Origin: Schizochytrium sp. TIO01 | Taxonomy: Eukaryota; Protista; Bigyra: Labyrinthulomycetes | NCBI GenBank assembly: GCA_004764695.1 | Contig: SMSO01000014.1 | Coordinates: 3,281,648 to 3,345,647, forward strand | Length of the DNA: 64,000 bases | Reading direction: 5' to 3' | Shown here: piece by piece, positions 12,901-26,681 of the stretch | Layout of the letters: each line of letters begins with the position of its first letter | How positions within the stretch are numbered: the first letter of the stretch is position 1 | Translations under genes and position numbers: made by a program | The notes under the pieces: generated by a model | What the model was told of the DNA's origin: nothing | What the model saw: only the letters and a program-made list of their open reading frames with translations | Databases searched by the model: none

Positions 12901-15900
12901 CGCTGAGGTTGTACGGGCCAAAACACTCTCATGTGTCAGAGCCACAACTGCATTCACAAACATCCATAATTATCAAGCTTGGAGCTCATGGATTAGTCTA
13001 GGGCAGCAATGAATCGACGATCTCGGGGTCGATTCGCATACATATTTCGCTTGATTGGCAAACGGTATTTGTCCATTCCAATGATCGCTACTCGGGCCCA
13101 CATGCACGCCGCCGTAAGCTTGGAGCCTGGAGGAGAGAGTCTATTCCAAATGTAAATAAAGCCTCCAAACGGAATGCACATGGAATTACTCGCTGCCAAT
13201 GGGTGGTGTCACGCGAAATGCTTATAATGAGAATATCAGGCCTATTCACCCATTGATGTAATTAATTATAAGCACGAACTGCCCAACCGACATTGCAAGC
13301 GTACACAGTTTGAGAAATCGAGAATACTGAAATGCCGAAGCGCATACGAAACTCTGACGAACTGAAAACAAAATCGAACGAACCAACTAGACCAGCATTT
13401 TTGTCGCATCACCGAGTTCATAAAAAAAAATGAATTAATGCACAATTCATTAGCCTGCTGTTTGTTAGAATTAGATTTGATGGAGTAAACCTGCAAACTT
13501 ACAAACGAGCAAATGAATCATCTATGAATAAATGAATAAATGAATGAATGAATGAATGGGTTCGTTGACTGTTGTGCAGAGAAAGTAACGTCAACTTATG
13601 CTAATCCTTTTACCCCCAAATAACATTGTCCACCCAAACTATTCATCGTTCTGTCAAACTGTTTAGGTAACTGATCTAAGCAAGTTAGGTCCCAATCGGA
13701 TTTGGAGGCGCCACGGTGGGACTCGGAAGGGATGGCGGCGTGCGGGAGAATTCCTTACAGAGAGTGGCAAAGAGAGAGAGAGAGAGGGACCTCGGCATTT
13801 GCAAGGACGCAAGTTCATCCTAACTCGCGATGCGTTGGTGTTCTCCGCTTGCACTGACGTCGAGAGAACGATCCGAGAGAACCAGAGAACGCAGAGTCAC
13901 CTTACCTTCAAACTAGTCTAGTCTATACCCTATGTAATTCAAAATTATATCGCCTCTTTCTATGGAATTCACCCAACAAAGAATAACCTAAGAGAAAGTT
14001 TAACTATAATCATTCTTACCTTATGAACTTAAAAGGCATTTTTTATAAGATTAAAAATAAAACTAAAGTAGGATGAAAAGGCCAAATGGCGTCGCCTTGC
14101 TTGCATGCCAGTTGTTTCTTCTCCAATGGCTCTTCTTGCGCCAGCAGCCTCCCGTAAAAGACCTCGGCATAAGCGAATCGGAGAATTGCGCGGCGCCGCG
14201 CCAGCTTTTCGCGAGCGAGCAGCACAGCAGAGGAGCGAGCTCGTGCCTTTCTGCTCGGCAGGCCTCTCGGGGCACAGCTGCGCTCGCCTGGAGTGCAGTT
14301 CGCGAGCCTGGGTTTTTGCCTTTTTTATTATATGGAGGGAAGTTCGGGAGACGCAAGGAGGGTGTCTGAGCAGCAGTAGCAGCAGCAGTGCGGGTTCCTC
14401 CTCCTCGTAATGAGTACACTAAGTAAGTAAGTAAGTAAGTAGCTGGTTGTAGGGGAGCTTAGTAAAGTTTTTTTAAAATGATTTTTTTAAAAGGTTCCGA
14501 AACAAGAACAAAAAGTGCCTCAGGCACAGTACTACTGTAATGAGGAGAAGAAGAAAAGAATTGGAAAAAGAAAATTTGCTCTTGGGCAGGAAGAGGGAAA
14601 AGGGATTGATTGCCAAGGGACTCTTAGTATCTCGTACAGTTGTGGGGTTCTCTCCCGGCTTGTTAGCAGTGGTGCTAGCAGAAAGCATAGGGGTGGATCT
14701 TTGAATGTAGAAATTGGCGAAAGCCGATGATGATAGTATCGAGATGAAGAAGAAGGATGGAAAACCAACCCCAAGCCTTCCGATGCGCTGGATCCCAACG
14801 CGAAAATGGAGTTGGCGGAGGTTGCAAAGAGTAGAGTCGCTCTTGTCGACGGCGCTGATGCAATTTTCGCTCAGGATACCTCGGTACTTTGGCAAGTGCG
14901 CCGCGTAAAGTCTTTGTTTGTGGCAGTGCCACCACGCAAACTAAAAGCCACAAGAGTAGGTCAAGAGACTTACTTCCTTCTGCTACGAGAGAAAAATGAA
15001 AAAGAAAGAAACAAAAAGCCTGCCACAGTAGTACTGGTCAACAGGTCAATATGCGAGCCAGGCAGAAAAGAAAAACGTTTTTCTTTTTCGGATTCGATTA
15101 AAATGCAAGTTTCTCTCGAGTTCAAGTTCAACGAGAGAAGACATCAGAAACAACGCTGATCGAGGGTGGAGCTTCATCCGCCTCACCTGAGCTTTTCGAG
15201 GTGCCGAAGGTTCTTGGGCTGCTAAGAAAGTCATTCTGGTAGGTCGCCCTGCGAGCTGGAGGACAGTTAGTTGGGTATCTGGCGACGAAGAAACCATCTA
15301 TGATTTTTTCTTTAAATTTAAATGACTGGCGAATTAGGGGTAGGTAGTATCCCCACAGCGGGGAAGACTCGCGATGCCAGTACCGCTGTGTGGTCCCTTC
15401 TTACTTGCACCTACCTACAACCAACATTATACAATTAAGCACGCGTGAAAACTAAAGCTTTGAAAAAACCAAAATTATCATAACTACTCAGACTTCCTCT
15501 GCACGGGGCCTCCTGATCTTTCGCTTGCTTCGCTCATGGCTTCTGTTTGCAGCTCTTCCTGGAGATTCTCCCTCTCTCTCCTTCCCTCTCTCTGTTTGAT
15601 TGCCGCATCGGTCGATGATAACTGGTTTTGCGAGAAATCGCCTCTAAGTCCTACTCAGCAGGAGGGAGACAGAGAACTCCAAGTGTAGAATCCAGGTAGA
15701 CAGGATAGAGAGAGACGAGTTCGGCAGGAGTTCACCTGGCTGGCACTTGCTTTTCAGTGACCCTGCTGAAGCTCGGTCTAATATCTGCCACTCTTGATTT
15801 TCAGACAGTGAATCTCTCTCTCTTTCGCGAACTCTGTTTCTTAGGTAGTACCTTTCATTATTGATGAGCTTGAAATTATTTGTTTATTATACGTTGTTAT

Positions 15901-15927
15901 TAATATTATTTATCGCTTGGGTGTGTC

Positions 15928-15986
15928 TTTGTTTGTTTGTTTGTTTGTTTGTTTGTTTGTTTGTTTGTTTGTTTGTTTGTTTGTTT
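15928..15986 (+). repeat. (TTTG)n microsatellite
   Basis: About 14 perfect units. Confidence 0.97.
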
Positions 15987-17549
15987 AGCTTGATTACTTG
16001 CGTGCTTGACCGAGGGGAGTTACTAGTCGAGGCCTCTTCAAGTAGCCACAGATTTCAATCTTCTTCTTCTCTGCTCCTGCTGTTCTTCTCAAGTTCGAGC
16101 AGGAACGCGAGTTGAAGGCCGCAAGCAATCTTCTACGCGAGGATCTGGTAAGTGATCGAGTTGGTTAGTTGAAGTTTCATTCGCGTGGCTGGAGTGGCGA
16201 GCGAGTGAGGGAAAGAGGGAGATGAGTCCTCTTCGATTGAGCACACATCCCTCACACGATCTCTCTATCTCATCAAAGGAGGAGGAAGAAGGAAGGGAAG
16301 GAGGAATGAAAAGCCAAAGTTGTGTACCTCTTTTCTTTTTCTGCTTCCCTTCTTTTGCTATCATCTCTGTTTATTGTAAGAAACAGTAAAATGAATGAGC
16401 AGGCGCTTACTTACTTATTAAAATTAGTTAGAAAGGAAAGAAGAAGGCAGAGAAGCCGCCAGCAAAGCGAAGAAGTTGAGGGGAAGGAAACCAAAGCCTG
16501 GACAAGCTCGACGTCTTTTTGGGCTTCTTTGACGACGTCGTGTTCCAGCGGCAGGAAACGCCTTCTTTGGGGCCAAGCTCATCGCCGTCGAGAGGCTCCC
16601 TCCGAGTCAGCCGCAGCGAGGCCACAGGTTTCTTTCTCTCTACAACCAAGCGAACGAAGGCAGCCAAGCCCCCCAAAGGTGCCCGTTTTATACAGTGAAG
16701 GTGTGGCGTAAAGAGGCAGTCTCAGGCATGTCCTAGTGGCGCATGATGGTGTTCTAGCTAGCTAGGACAATGAGAATGAGTGAGTTCTGAGAAGCCTTTG
16801 TTTGCTGTGCGAGAAAACCTTTAGTCCGTGGGAATTTGAGTCTATCTCAAGTTCTAGAGAGTCTGTCTCTGCCGATGGATGGAGTCTGTTTTCTGCTCCT
16901 TCTTTGGTCAAGTCACTTGCAGAGCCTGAGGAGTCCACGGAGCAAGCAATCGCCGCGTGGAAGAGTAGTAGGGTTTCCGTGGGCAGGGAGCACCAAAGCC
17001 GGTGTTTCCGAGGTTGCTACTTAGTGTTGGGCTGCTGCGATTTCTCTGAAAGCAAGAAGTTAGGAGGAGGAGGCGAGAGCACTAAAGACTAAGAAGATGT
17101 CGGTAGTCGGAAGACTGTTAGGGTCTGTCTGTGTCTCTCTGGTATCTTCTGCACAACGAACGCTTCAGGCTCTGCTCTTGCTGGTGCTTCTGCTGCTATT
17201 CAATTGATGAATCGATTTTCAGCCTTTTGTGAGCTTGTTTCCGCAGCTTCAACGTAGGCAGAATTGAATGAATGCATATATTTATCTTTGTATGTGGCGA
17301 GGCTGGCAAAAGTCAGTTCTGCAGTTTCGTGAACTGTGATCATTATACTAAGAATAGGCAACGACAGAGAAAAGCAGTACTTTGGGCACTTTTTAACAAA
17401 TAAAATTAAGTTGAAATGATCATTATTATAAATAAGTAGAGACGAAAAATACTTTGAGCACCATGGTTCTTTAGTTTTAGTTTTTTTGTATTGTTTTTTT
17501 GGAGGGGGGGGTTCGATTAAAGATTTGGCAGGAATGAGGAAAAGGAGCG

Positions 17550-18460
17550 ACAAGATAATCGGAGCTTGCTTATGAAGGGTGGACTTTGCATCGAAAAGAT
17601 TTGGAGACAACACGACAAAAAGGAAGGCAACAACGAGCAGGTTAAAATCATATATACTTTCAGAGAATCAGAGAAGGGGCTCATAACAGGAAAGAGGAAG
17701 GTCTTCAGCTGCAAAAACATGGGAAAACGTGTATACTTCGATCACCAGAAGCTGATGTCGCGATCTACTTCTTCTGTCTGAGTTCCCTCGGGTTTCCCCG
17801 CATTCATTCGAAATGCCAACAACTTGAACCATATACGTTCTGACCGAATTGCTCAACTCCAAACCACAATCTACGTGCTATTTTAGGTCAACATGCATGT
17901 AGTTTTAGGTTTGCCTGATTGCGAATTCTTTCGACCCACTTAATAAGGCGTTCATTAGGCGAAACGAAGTCGAGGTTTCGGGCTTGATCTTTTCTATTTC
18001 TGTAGGTGCCAGTACTAACTGTTTGGTTTGGAGCTGGCACCCCTTCCTATAAGCAGAAGCCTGGAGAAAGGACAGTTTATCGTACCGAGTACTTACCATT
18101 GTTAATCCTCTCCAATGTGCTTCGTTAGGTAAAGAACGCGTAGAAAACGGATGCACCGTTGCATAAGGGGATTTATTAACAAGTTGAAGCTACAAATGGT
18201 TTATAAACTTACAGTTTGGAACTACTGCCATATGCGATAGCGCATAAGCAGACCAATTGTCACTGGTACTCCTCGCCGGGATTGTCACAATCAGACAATA
18301 GGAATAGCATCACAGTTTTCTAAAATTGCTTCAGCTACACATTTGAAGAGCATATCTGTTCTGCTTAACTGCAAGCTCAACGAAAGCCGACCTCAAAGCT
18401 TCCCTACCCTGATTGGGTTGAGTACCAATCCTCCTTATTCTGTCCAATATGGGATTGCTA
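17550..18460 (+). mobile_element. Highly degenerate MULE (Mutator-like) transposase relic
   Basis: Ordered, frame-broken fragments: WRQHDKK...IIYTF...RKV...YFDH from 17602 (WRKY/FLYWCH-like zinc-finger remnant); QVEATNGL*TYSLELLPYAI from ~18180 (cf. MULE xxDxTYxLNxYxxPL); LAGIVTIRQ*E*HHSFLKLL (cf. LxxxExxExYxxFL); CLTASSTKADLKASLP (cf. xTDxxxAxxxAxxxxFP). Catalytic residues are decayed; matched by eye. Confidence 0.35.
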
Positions 18461-19849
18461 GATAGCTAGCTAGATAGATCTTCGAGATTCACGACAAACT
18501 AGACTTCCTCTTCTTCACGATACTTAGCGAACTAGTGTATATTATATTAGTCCAAGAACTACTTTAACCTGCATAGGAGTCTGCATTAGTACTGCTTCAG
18601 AAAAAAAATAAAAAAATAAAAAATAGTAGGAAGTGCGACTTTTTCGTTCAATTTCATATTATTCTCGCTATTATTTATAATTATAATGAAGTATAGTTTA
18701 TACATAATTATTATTAATTATATAAAACATGCATTCTTCAATTTTATATTTGAGTTGGAAGTTTAAAGCAAAAACTTGCAAAACAAAAGACACATAATGA
18801 TTGAAATTCCCACAGCCCCACAGACTAAGCACACAAAATGTTTAAAAGCTTTTCAAGGAGCAGCGTGTTTTTTTTAAATGCATCATTCTTCAAATAAAAT
18901 AAAATAATATAGATAATAGGGTTTATTTGAAAGAAAATGAGTATCTTGGACGAAAAATAATCATATTTGGCGTTACCCACCTGATCTCGCTGGGGTTGAA
19001 GGCTCTGAATAAAGACTATGGCTGACAGATACCAGTGGCCGAATTCCTCAATGAAGTCATCTGGTGTCAATGAGATCATCTGCTTACCTGACTTGACTTC
19101 CCCTTGGTAGTTGCCAGTTATCTGACGAGCAAGTGAATTGTGACGCCAAGGCAGAGCAAAGCTGTAGCGGGAATATTATAGTGCTTGTGTGCATCTTTTA
19201 GGATTTGACGATGCGCATAACTTTTTGAAGGAATACTTATGATAAATCAGGAGTACACAGTATCTGCTACTACTAGACTATAGTCACTTCCTCTACTTTT
19301 TCAATGCTTGTTACCAAACTTTCAAAGGGAGAAAAGGCGCCGTCCAGACAACACTTACACTTTCAGGTACTCGAAAAGCAGAAAATGGCTGGATAAAGAT
19401 CGCAGAAACGAACCCGCAACAACCCTTCGACGCCTGTGGTTATAGTGTTTATCTTAATTTAAAAACACTTTTGCCCCTAATTATTGTTTTAATTTTATAA
19501 ATGTTTTCATTTTTAAAATAACTAATGTTAGTATTGAAAAAAAAGAACAAGTATTTTATCTTTGAATCAAAACATTAAAAAAAAAAAAAAAAAAAAAAAC
19601 ATTTTTCTTTAAGTTTCTAAAATCAGCTGTAAGAAAAATCTCAGAAGTAGAGAAGGAAGTGAAGATAAGAGAAAAGAAAGGAAACAAGAAACAGGCTGTT
19701 TTGTTCCTTCAAGTTCTTGTGAGGAAATTCAAATCATTATGTGAAAATTCACAGTCTCATGATTTTGCTATTAAGTAAATATGCGAATGCAAACTAGGCA
19801 GCGTTCTGCATTTAGATTGTATGGTAATAGAATGTTAGCGAGTCCAAAA

Positions 19850-20500
19850 AAGGAGTGATGAGCGCTCGATCTGGAGATAATTCCCAAAATTAAAAGTGCT
19901 GCTGCAATTGTTCAGAATACATTTTCCTATTGATGTTCATCAGCAGTTCACTAATGCGTTTTTCCGACTTACCAACTGATCCTCGGATTCTGTTCATTTG
20001 TTGTTCTTCTGGAATACAACTTGAACAACCCTGATCGCCTAAATAAAAAGGAATTTCCGCGTTTTCATGTAGACATGAAATAACGCTCACTGTCGTGCGA
20101 CTGACGAAAGTTTACAACAAGATAATAAGCTTCAAGTTAACCATTAAAAAAAGGCGAATAGCGAAAGAACTTGCATATAACTAGATACTGCTCAATACTT
20201 TTGATTTGTCATTTGCCTTATGTTGCCGAGCAAGAGTGTAACATCTCAAGAAAATGGTTGTATTCTCATTCGCCCATGTGCAGTAAGAACACGTACTGGC
20301 GCATAGATCAAACGATTCACCTGAGAAGTTTGGGATTGGAAATATAACTCACACTTCTACTAACGGTTTGAGGAGGGAAGACGTATACTTGTTTACTCCT
20401 AAAGTCATAGGTTGAACAAATCTGTGTCTCAAAAGATTTCTTGTTAATTTTAGATCCAAAAAAATCATTTATATCATGTTTGCACGACTCATGATTCAAC
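19850..20500 (-). mobile_element. Degenerate PIF/Harbinger (DDE_Tnp_4-type) transposase relic
   Basis: Motifs appear in the expected order on the minus strand across frameshifts: F...TVSRSV (20350-20367, HTH-like STVSR), AHGRMRIQP (cf. IDGTHIxI), SHDS (20089-20100, cf. GSxHDS), FYLGDQG (20028-20048, cf. YLLGDxGY), EEQQMNR..S...E..IS.L (cf. ExxFNxxHSxxRxxVE). Confidence 0.5.
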
Positions 20501-22699
20501 TGTTATGTTTCCGAAAGATTTACAGGAAAGCCACAAACAAAATTAGAGTATTAATTTGCAACTTGCCGAATGAAAGAACAACAGCACAAGCATCCTGCGC
20601 GTGATGTGCACCCGTTGAAGGTCTGAAAATGTGAAATTTCAGAAAGAAGGCAACTACGGGACATTGTTGCCCCAGACAACTCACTCTTGTCACAGCGCCA
20701 TGTCCCGAATATTATACTCATCAGGAATCGCGACTCTACGGGAGGTAATTCGAAAGGTCTAATGAAGAAGTGCGACCTGCACGGGCCTTCCGAAATTCGC
20801 ATGGACAAGCAACTTCTGACTTCACTTCAGCTGGAATGAAAAATTCAAAACCCCAAATCTTTCAGATTCCATTCTGCGTTAAACTTTGCATGACGAAAAC
20901 CCGACTAGGATGTTGCAAACATCTACAAACAGGCAAACCTGCTACACTACATACATTCGTCAATCGCTATCAACCGAGTGTCATAGTTCAACTTCGATAA
21001 CAAAGCAATAGTAAGTCTTTGGAATAAGTCTCTATAACTTACTGACTACATATGTTTGAGTTCCAGCAGAGCAGGTTTAATTACATGCCATACAGTTGAC
21101 AAGGCGGCCGCTTCGATCAGCACGTGCACTTTATTATCTTCCTGCGTCCTCGCCAATGAACATCGGTCACGGACACAAGAGATTATGATCATGTGAAACT
21201 TTTCGCTTTCGTTTTACTCCGAATGGCCCGGACTTGTGCTGCGGGCCCTGCTTTTTTATATTCTTTTTTTCATGTTTGTTTGCTTTTTCAAGCCCATCGT
21301 CACGAAGTTTTGCTTTGGCTTCTTTCCTAATGGAATAACAGTTGTCTAAGCACTGCTCAGGCAAGTATCTGAACTTGGGTTTCTGCCATGTCCCTGCCTT
21401 CGGCAAGAAGGTGGCGCTGAAGATACACGGACAGTCACAGCTGCTTACAATTATAATCTTTTCAATGGTTTAGTTATTGTAAGGCCTTCTTCTTCATCAA
21501 GTCAGTCATTCAGACCTCGCCGCAGCAATTCACGCTTGCCGCATTGCTAGGGTAGAGGTCATGTACGCCAAGCCAGGGAAGCCTCCTGAGGCCTGGTCAA
21601 TTGGCAAAACAGAGAAGACTTGGTCCCATCACGAGAACTTCAGTCTCGCTAGTTAAAGTACTCGTCCACTGTACAAACGACGAGCGCTGCGATGAACCAA
21701 ATTAGACTTATTGTCCACCAAACAAAGTGTGCGAAATATAATAGATAGAGAGAGAGAAGCGAAAACACGTAGGTAGAGTATAAACATGTGTAATAAGAAA
21801 AGGAGTGGTGCTCAAAGCCCAAGGCCAATCGTGATCGCCCCCTCGCGCTGGTCGATCTTCTTGCGACTAATGTTCGAGCGAGCGTCGACAAGGGTTCGTT
21901 GAATGGCATGCGACTGCGTCTCGATCATTGCGTGCGCGATAGGAGTTTATGCACGCGAGTCCAAGTGTGGCGCCAAAGACGCGCAGTAGCGTCCTTGCTC
22001 GTTCAAGTAAAGACCATCTCAAGGCTTGACGAACTTTGGCCATTTGAAAGGGAGCCATTCCATGCGGAGTTTGCGGAGCATCGATGAAATCATTTAGGAG
22101 TGAGCACTTGTGATGTTTCTGAGACGATGAAAGATTCTAAAGAAGGAACACTCCCTCGTACTTGTAGTAAAGTCAAAACCTATGACTTTAAAATATGAAA
22201 AACAATATTTTACATTAACAATCTTGTCAATGTTGGAAACTGTAACAGTGGGGATCTATAAAAATGCATTTTAAAAATAGCATATTAAATTGGAACATTT
22301 AAAATCACCTTTGATTATTTACCATTTTGGAAACAGGTGAAATCGTATGGAATAATATATTAGTGTAATTGTGAATATGAAAAGGGAGCGAAGACTTGAA
22401 ATTAGAACACTGTATAGACATCTTTATTTGAATGAAAAAAAAACTAGCTTTTTTATTTTTTTTTTGCTTTTTTAATGTATTATCATTTTCGATATTTTAA
22501 TTATACATTTATTTATTACATAGAAAGATTTATATTTATATTTTGGGTCTTGTTATTAACAATATATATTGTCTGTCTCTTTCTTGCTACAGGAGCTCAA
22601 AAAGTAAAATAGCTATAGTCACCAATATGCAGTGGCTGAGCCAAAGTAGGAGTGAGTTAACGTAGTAACAACATAACCCTGCCATTTAAAATCGTTATC

Positions 22700-22950
22700 T
22701 AAATGATCGTTCATTAATAATGTAGACAGATGTATTACTCAAAATATTATTGCTCAATCGTTTACCGAGGTACAGAATGTTGTAAGTTTAATCATAGCTT
22801 CTGAAGCAGTTGAAAGTTCAGTTCTGGATTAAATTGCAAGTCTTGGATACTTATAAGAGCAAAAGAGGAACTTTCTTCTTAGAGACTACTTGGTAGTTGC
22901 TTTTCATTTGGAGATTTATTTTTCAATCAATATATTTGGAATATTTGAGA
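22700..22950 (-). mobile_element. Possible hAT transposase C-terminal dimerisation-domain relic
   Basis: KYPRLAI*SRTELSTASEAMIKLTTFCTS from 22852 keeps the P, L(+2), R(+7), L(+10), F(+23) spacing of yPxLxxlArxxLxipassxxxERxFS, but ER is lost. Confidence 0.3.
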
Positions 22951-23609
22951 TATTTGAAATGATTTGTATTTCCTAGTTCAAAATAAAGCGCACATGTCTG
23001 CCGCTGCGAAGAAGACTATCTCTGCCTGACAATGTTTATTTGTGCTCAATGAAACACCTATTTCCAAAGAAGAAAACAACGTTCAATATCGAAGAAATTC
23101 GTGCTACGTGTCTCAGCTTTCCCAAACTCTAGAGCAAACTTACAAAATTAAAACCAAATGCCTGAGTGAGCGAGCGGTCTGTGACCTCTTTCTTTCTTCA
23201 AAATATCTGTCTCTATCCTCGACGAATTGTCAACGTCATCTATTCATGAGGCGCATCATTTTGTCGTTTGGACTTCAAGTAGCTTCTTATATATAGAATC
23301 GCCAACACTAATAACAACTACAACACAGAGTGAAGTAAGTTAAATAAAATTGATCCCCTCAAATCATTCTTTTGTATCGCTTAGGTTTCCATCTGAGGGG
23401 CTTATTTACAGCCCTTTGCAGCGTATCGAACTGTGCCATCTCTGGTAAAAGCTAATAGTTACAAAGCGAGCTTCGAAAGGAGTTGGGGCTTTCATTGTAC
23501 GCGAGGTAAGCCACTTTTGTTAGCTTCCCAAAGAGGCGGTCGACACTCGCTTTCTTTCTCGTTTCCTTCCGTCTCAGACCGTTGAAAGCTTTTTCCGAAT
23601 TGCTCTGGA

Positions 23610-23696
23610 TAAGTAAGCAAGTAAGCAAGTAAGCAAGTAAGCAAGCAAGTAAGTAAGTACGTAAGTAGGTAGGTAGGTAGGTAGGAAGGTAAGTAG
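23610..23696 (+). repeat. Compound (AAGT)/(AAGC)/(AGGT) microsatellite
   Basis: Directly visible. Confidence 0.9.
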
Positions 23697-24094
23697 TGGT
23701 GAGGTAGCAAAAGGAGAACAAATCAGCAGCGCCAAAGGCTTTCTGAAAGGACTAATCTTCATGAATGTGTAGATAGCCGCAAGTCCGCTTTGGCGAGTCG
23801 ACGAGATAGCAGCAGTTGTTGTTCATGCGCGATTATGTGCGTTTGTGTCGGTGGGAAGTGAATGAATGAATGAATGAATGAGTGAATGCCCAATCGGCAG
23901 TTTGGCACAGAGACTCGTGCACCCTACTCGTTTCAATGTGTGAATCCATGTTTTTCACTCATGCTCAGCAGTTTTCCAGGACGTGATGCGCGAGCAAGAG
24001 GGAACCTACTCGGATTCGAGCATCGGCAAGGCCGAAGAGTTGGCGATGGCAGCACAAAGGCCCGCGGGAAAGCTCACTTGTGCAGGGCGAGGCG

Positions 24095-24095
<1 letters not shown>

Positions 24096-24132
<37 letters not shown>
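24096..24132 (+). repeat. (TGCT)n microsatellite
   Basis: About 9 units. Confidence 0.95.
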
Positions 24133-25040
24133 TGGAGACCATGGCGACTGATGATATTTTGGTTAGGGCTTTTGGCGTACTTGCTCTACGTTTTATGGAA
24201 AGGTTTACCTAAGAAAGGCCCGCGCAACAGTGCGCAAGTTGGTATTCTTAGCAAGGCATGCAGTTTAATAACTGTCGAATCTCGTCAGGAGCTGCGTTCA
24301 CGAATCTAGACGTAGGTTGGTTGCCGGCGGATTATCCTCCATGTGAGAAATTCCAGCATTTCTGATTTTTTAAAGTTGGACAAAGTATCAATTAATTGAA
24401 AGGAGCGACCAGTAGGTACTACGCTTTGGAAACACTCGCTAGTTACAGGTGGGAACCAAGGTACTGCGCTACTTGAAAATGGTCAACCTTGTCTCTGAAA
24501 GGGGCCGCGAAAGAAGAAAGCTGCGCCTGGGAGCGTTGTTTTTAATCACATTCGGGGCGTTCTTCGTTTCCACGGGCTCGCCACCAAACCAAAAGCCTGG
24601 CTCGACGCGGAGCTAAACGCTGCAGATAAGCAATAGCTACAAATTTGCCGCTCATTTTCATTTTACAAAAAGACCACCTAACTTTGCCATAATCCAGCCA
24701 GCACAACCTCGACACGATACGACGCGACGCGAACAACCACCATCAATTTCTAATACATGTTGCAAGACCCCTCCAAGTGAAGCAACACGCGCTCATGTAT
24801 CCAGCAGCAGAAGGGACCACACTCGAGATCATAGCCATAGCTAGCTATGCACACATCTGTCTGCTCAGAAGGCCCCTTTCTAGCGGCCCAGTGTGAATAA
24901 GTGAGGAGGTGAAAGAGAACCTACCTAGAAACCCGCAGAGTCGGATAATCAGTGGTTCTAAAAGCGCCACCATGCACTGATCGAAACATTGAAACGGAGC
25001 CAGCGAGTCCGCAAGCAAGAAAGGAGTCTGGCGAAAGCAA

Positions 25041-25173
25041 GCAATAAGCAATAAGCAATAAGCAATAAGCAATAAGCAATAAGCAATAAGCAATAAGCAA
25101 TAAGCAATACAATAAGCAATAAGCAATAAGCAATACAATAAGCAATAAGCAATAAGCAATAAGCAATAAGCAA
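25041..25173 (+). repeat. Heptanucleotide tandem repeat (GCAATAA)n with two identical variant units
   Basis: About 19 units; the interruption GCAATACAATAA occurs twice, preceded by AAGCAA. Confidence 0.97.
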
Positions 25174-25658
25174 GCTCAAGCGCTGTCTTCAATCGAGCCA
25201 TGCCATGCCATCATGCCATGCCTGGCTCGGTCACCGGCGCATAGGCTGCAGAGAGACAGGCAGGCAGGCAGCAGCCGGACGCAGCCCAGGGAACTGGGAC
25301 GAAATGAATTGCGCAGCAAGAGCGGAGGCTTTTCCGTCTTGAATTTTCATTCATTTTAAAGCACCGAGAGATTTCTTATACCCTAGCCGCTCACTCTCTC
25401 TAGCTAGCTAGATCGCAAAGGTCGAGATCCGTGGTAGTCGTAGCTAGATTCTTCTTTGAAAGTCGAGACGCAAGTTGAGACCTGCGGAGCATAGTTATTC
25501 TTTCGAAGGTACCTACAGCAAACAACAAAGGCAAGCGAGCAAGCTCTAGAGACACTTCGTTCTCAATATTACGTTCTCTAGAATCTCGCACGCGAAAGAA
25601 CGCGAAGAGATCAAGAGAACAGGGAGCTAGTTGAGTAAGTTGAATAAAATAGATTAGC

Positions 25659-25691
25659 ACAGAACAGAACAGAACAGAACAGAACAGAACA
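25659..25691 (+). repeat. (AGAAC)n pentanucleotide repeat
   Basis: 6 units. Confidence 0.95.
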
Positions 25692-26580
25692 ACACAAAAC
25701 CACTGTCACGAGTGATGCATGTCATAAGATGACACAGATTTACGCGGCAAACAAGGCGACGCGATGTTGCCATTGATTCGATGGCCTCGCTGCATTCCAA
25801 GAACCACGAAGCCGGTCCCCACGAGGTCTCGTTTCGTGCTTTGCTCTCTGCGATATGTGTCACCATCTGTAAAGTCAGCAGCGGCAGAAAACAAGGTTCA
25901 GGACCTTGGAGCGGCAGATTTGGTCCGTCCACTCTTCAAATCATGCAAAAAGCAAACTTCGCGAGCGAGGGAACGAGCTGCAGTGCTGGCTAGCTTAGCA
26001 AAGCTGCCCAAAGGTGCCCAGACCTTCCTGCATGCAGCCAGAGGTCAGACGCCCTTTCCTCCGTTCAGACATACCGGAACCAGGCCGGCTTTGCGCGATT
26101 TCCTGCGCCGCTTTCCTCTGCTTTCATCGCCCTTTCTCAGTTTTATTTTTTAGATATGTTCTCTTTCTTTTTTTTTTCTTTTCTTTTTTTAAATTAAATA
26201 AAACTTGAAGTATTTTATGATATTATCGAATCAGAAAACTGTTTGCTTCAACACAACTAACTAACTGCTCAGATGGAGGATTCGTGAGAAGGGGAACATC
26301 AGTATAATTAATATATATTACAATCTAAACCACGACATTCTAAACCGACGACACGGCGCGCGTGGGAACTCGTCGCGGACTTGAAACGCGCAACGGGGCC
26401 AACACAACAAGCAAGCGCCATCGCCATGACTCAGTCAGTTAGTCAGTCACCAGTCAGTCTGTCACCAGTCAGTCTCTGCTCCAATCACTCGTTTCTTGCT
26501 CCAATGGACCTGCACACCTATCATCGCTTCCGGCAATTCTTCGACTGATTATTTGCTTGCTTGCTGCTCCATCGATTGAC

Positions 26581-26681
26581 TCATTCATTCATCTATTCAT
26601 TCATTCATTCATTCATTCATTCATTCATTCATTCATTCATTCATTCATTCATTCATTCATTCATTCATTCATTCATTCATT
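26581..26681 (+). repeat. (ATTC)n microsatellite
   Basis: About 25 units with one interruption. Confidence 0.97.

Noticed and set aside
14590-14950. Possible MULE fragments (IDCQGT..., VALVDGADAI...LWQVRRVK)
   Set aside because: Motifs too weak to call without a profile search.
19577-19599. Poly(A) run of ~23 nt as a retroposon tail
   Set aside because: Embedded in an AT island, with no recognisable SINE/LINE body or convincing target-site duplication.
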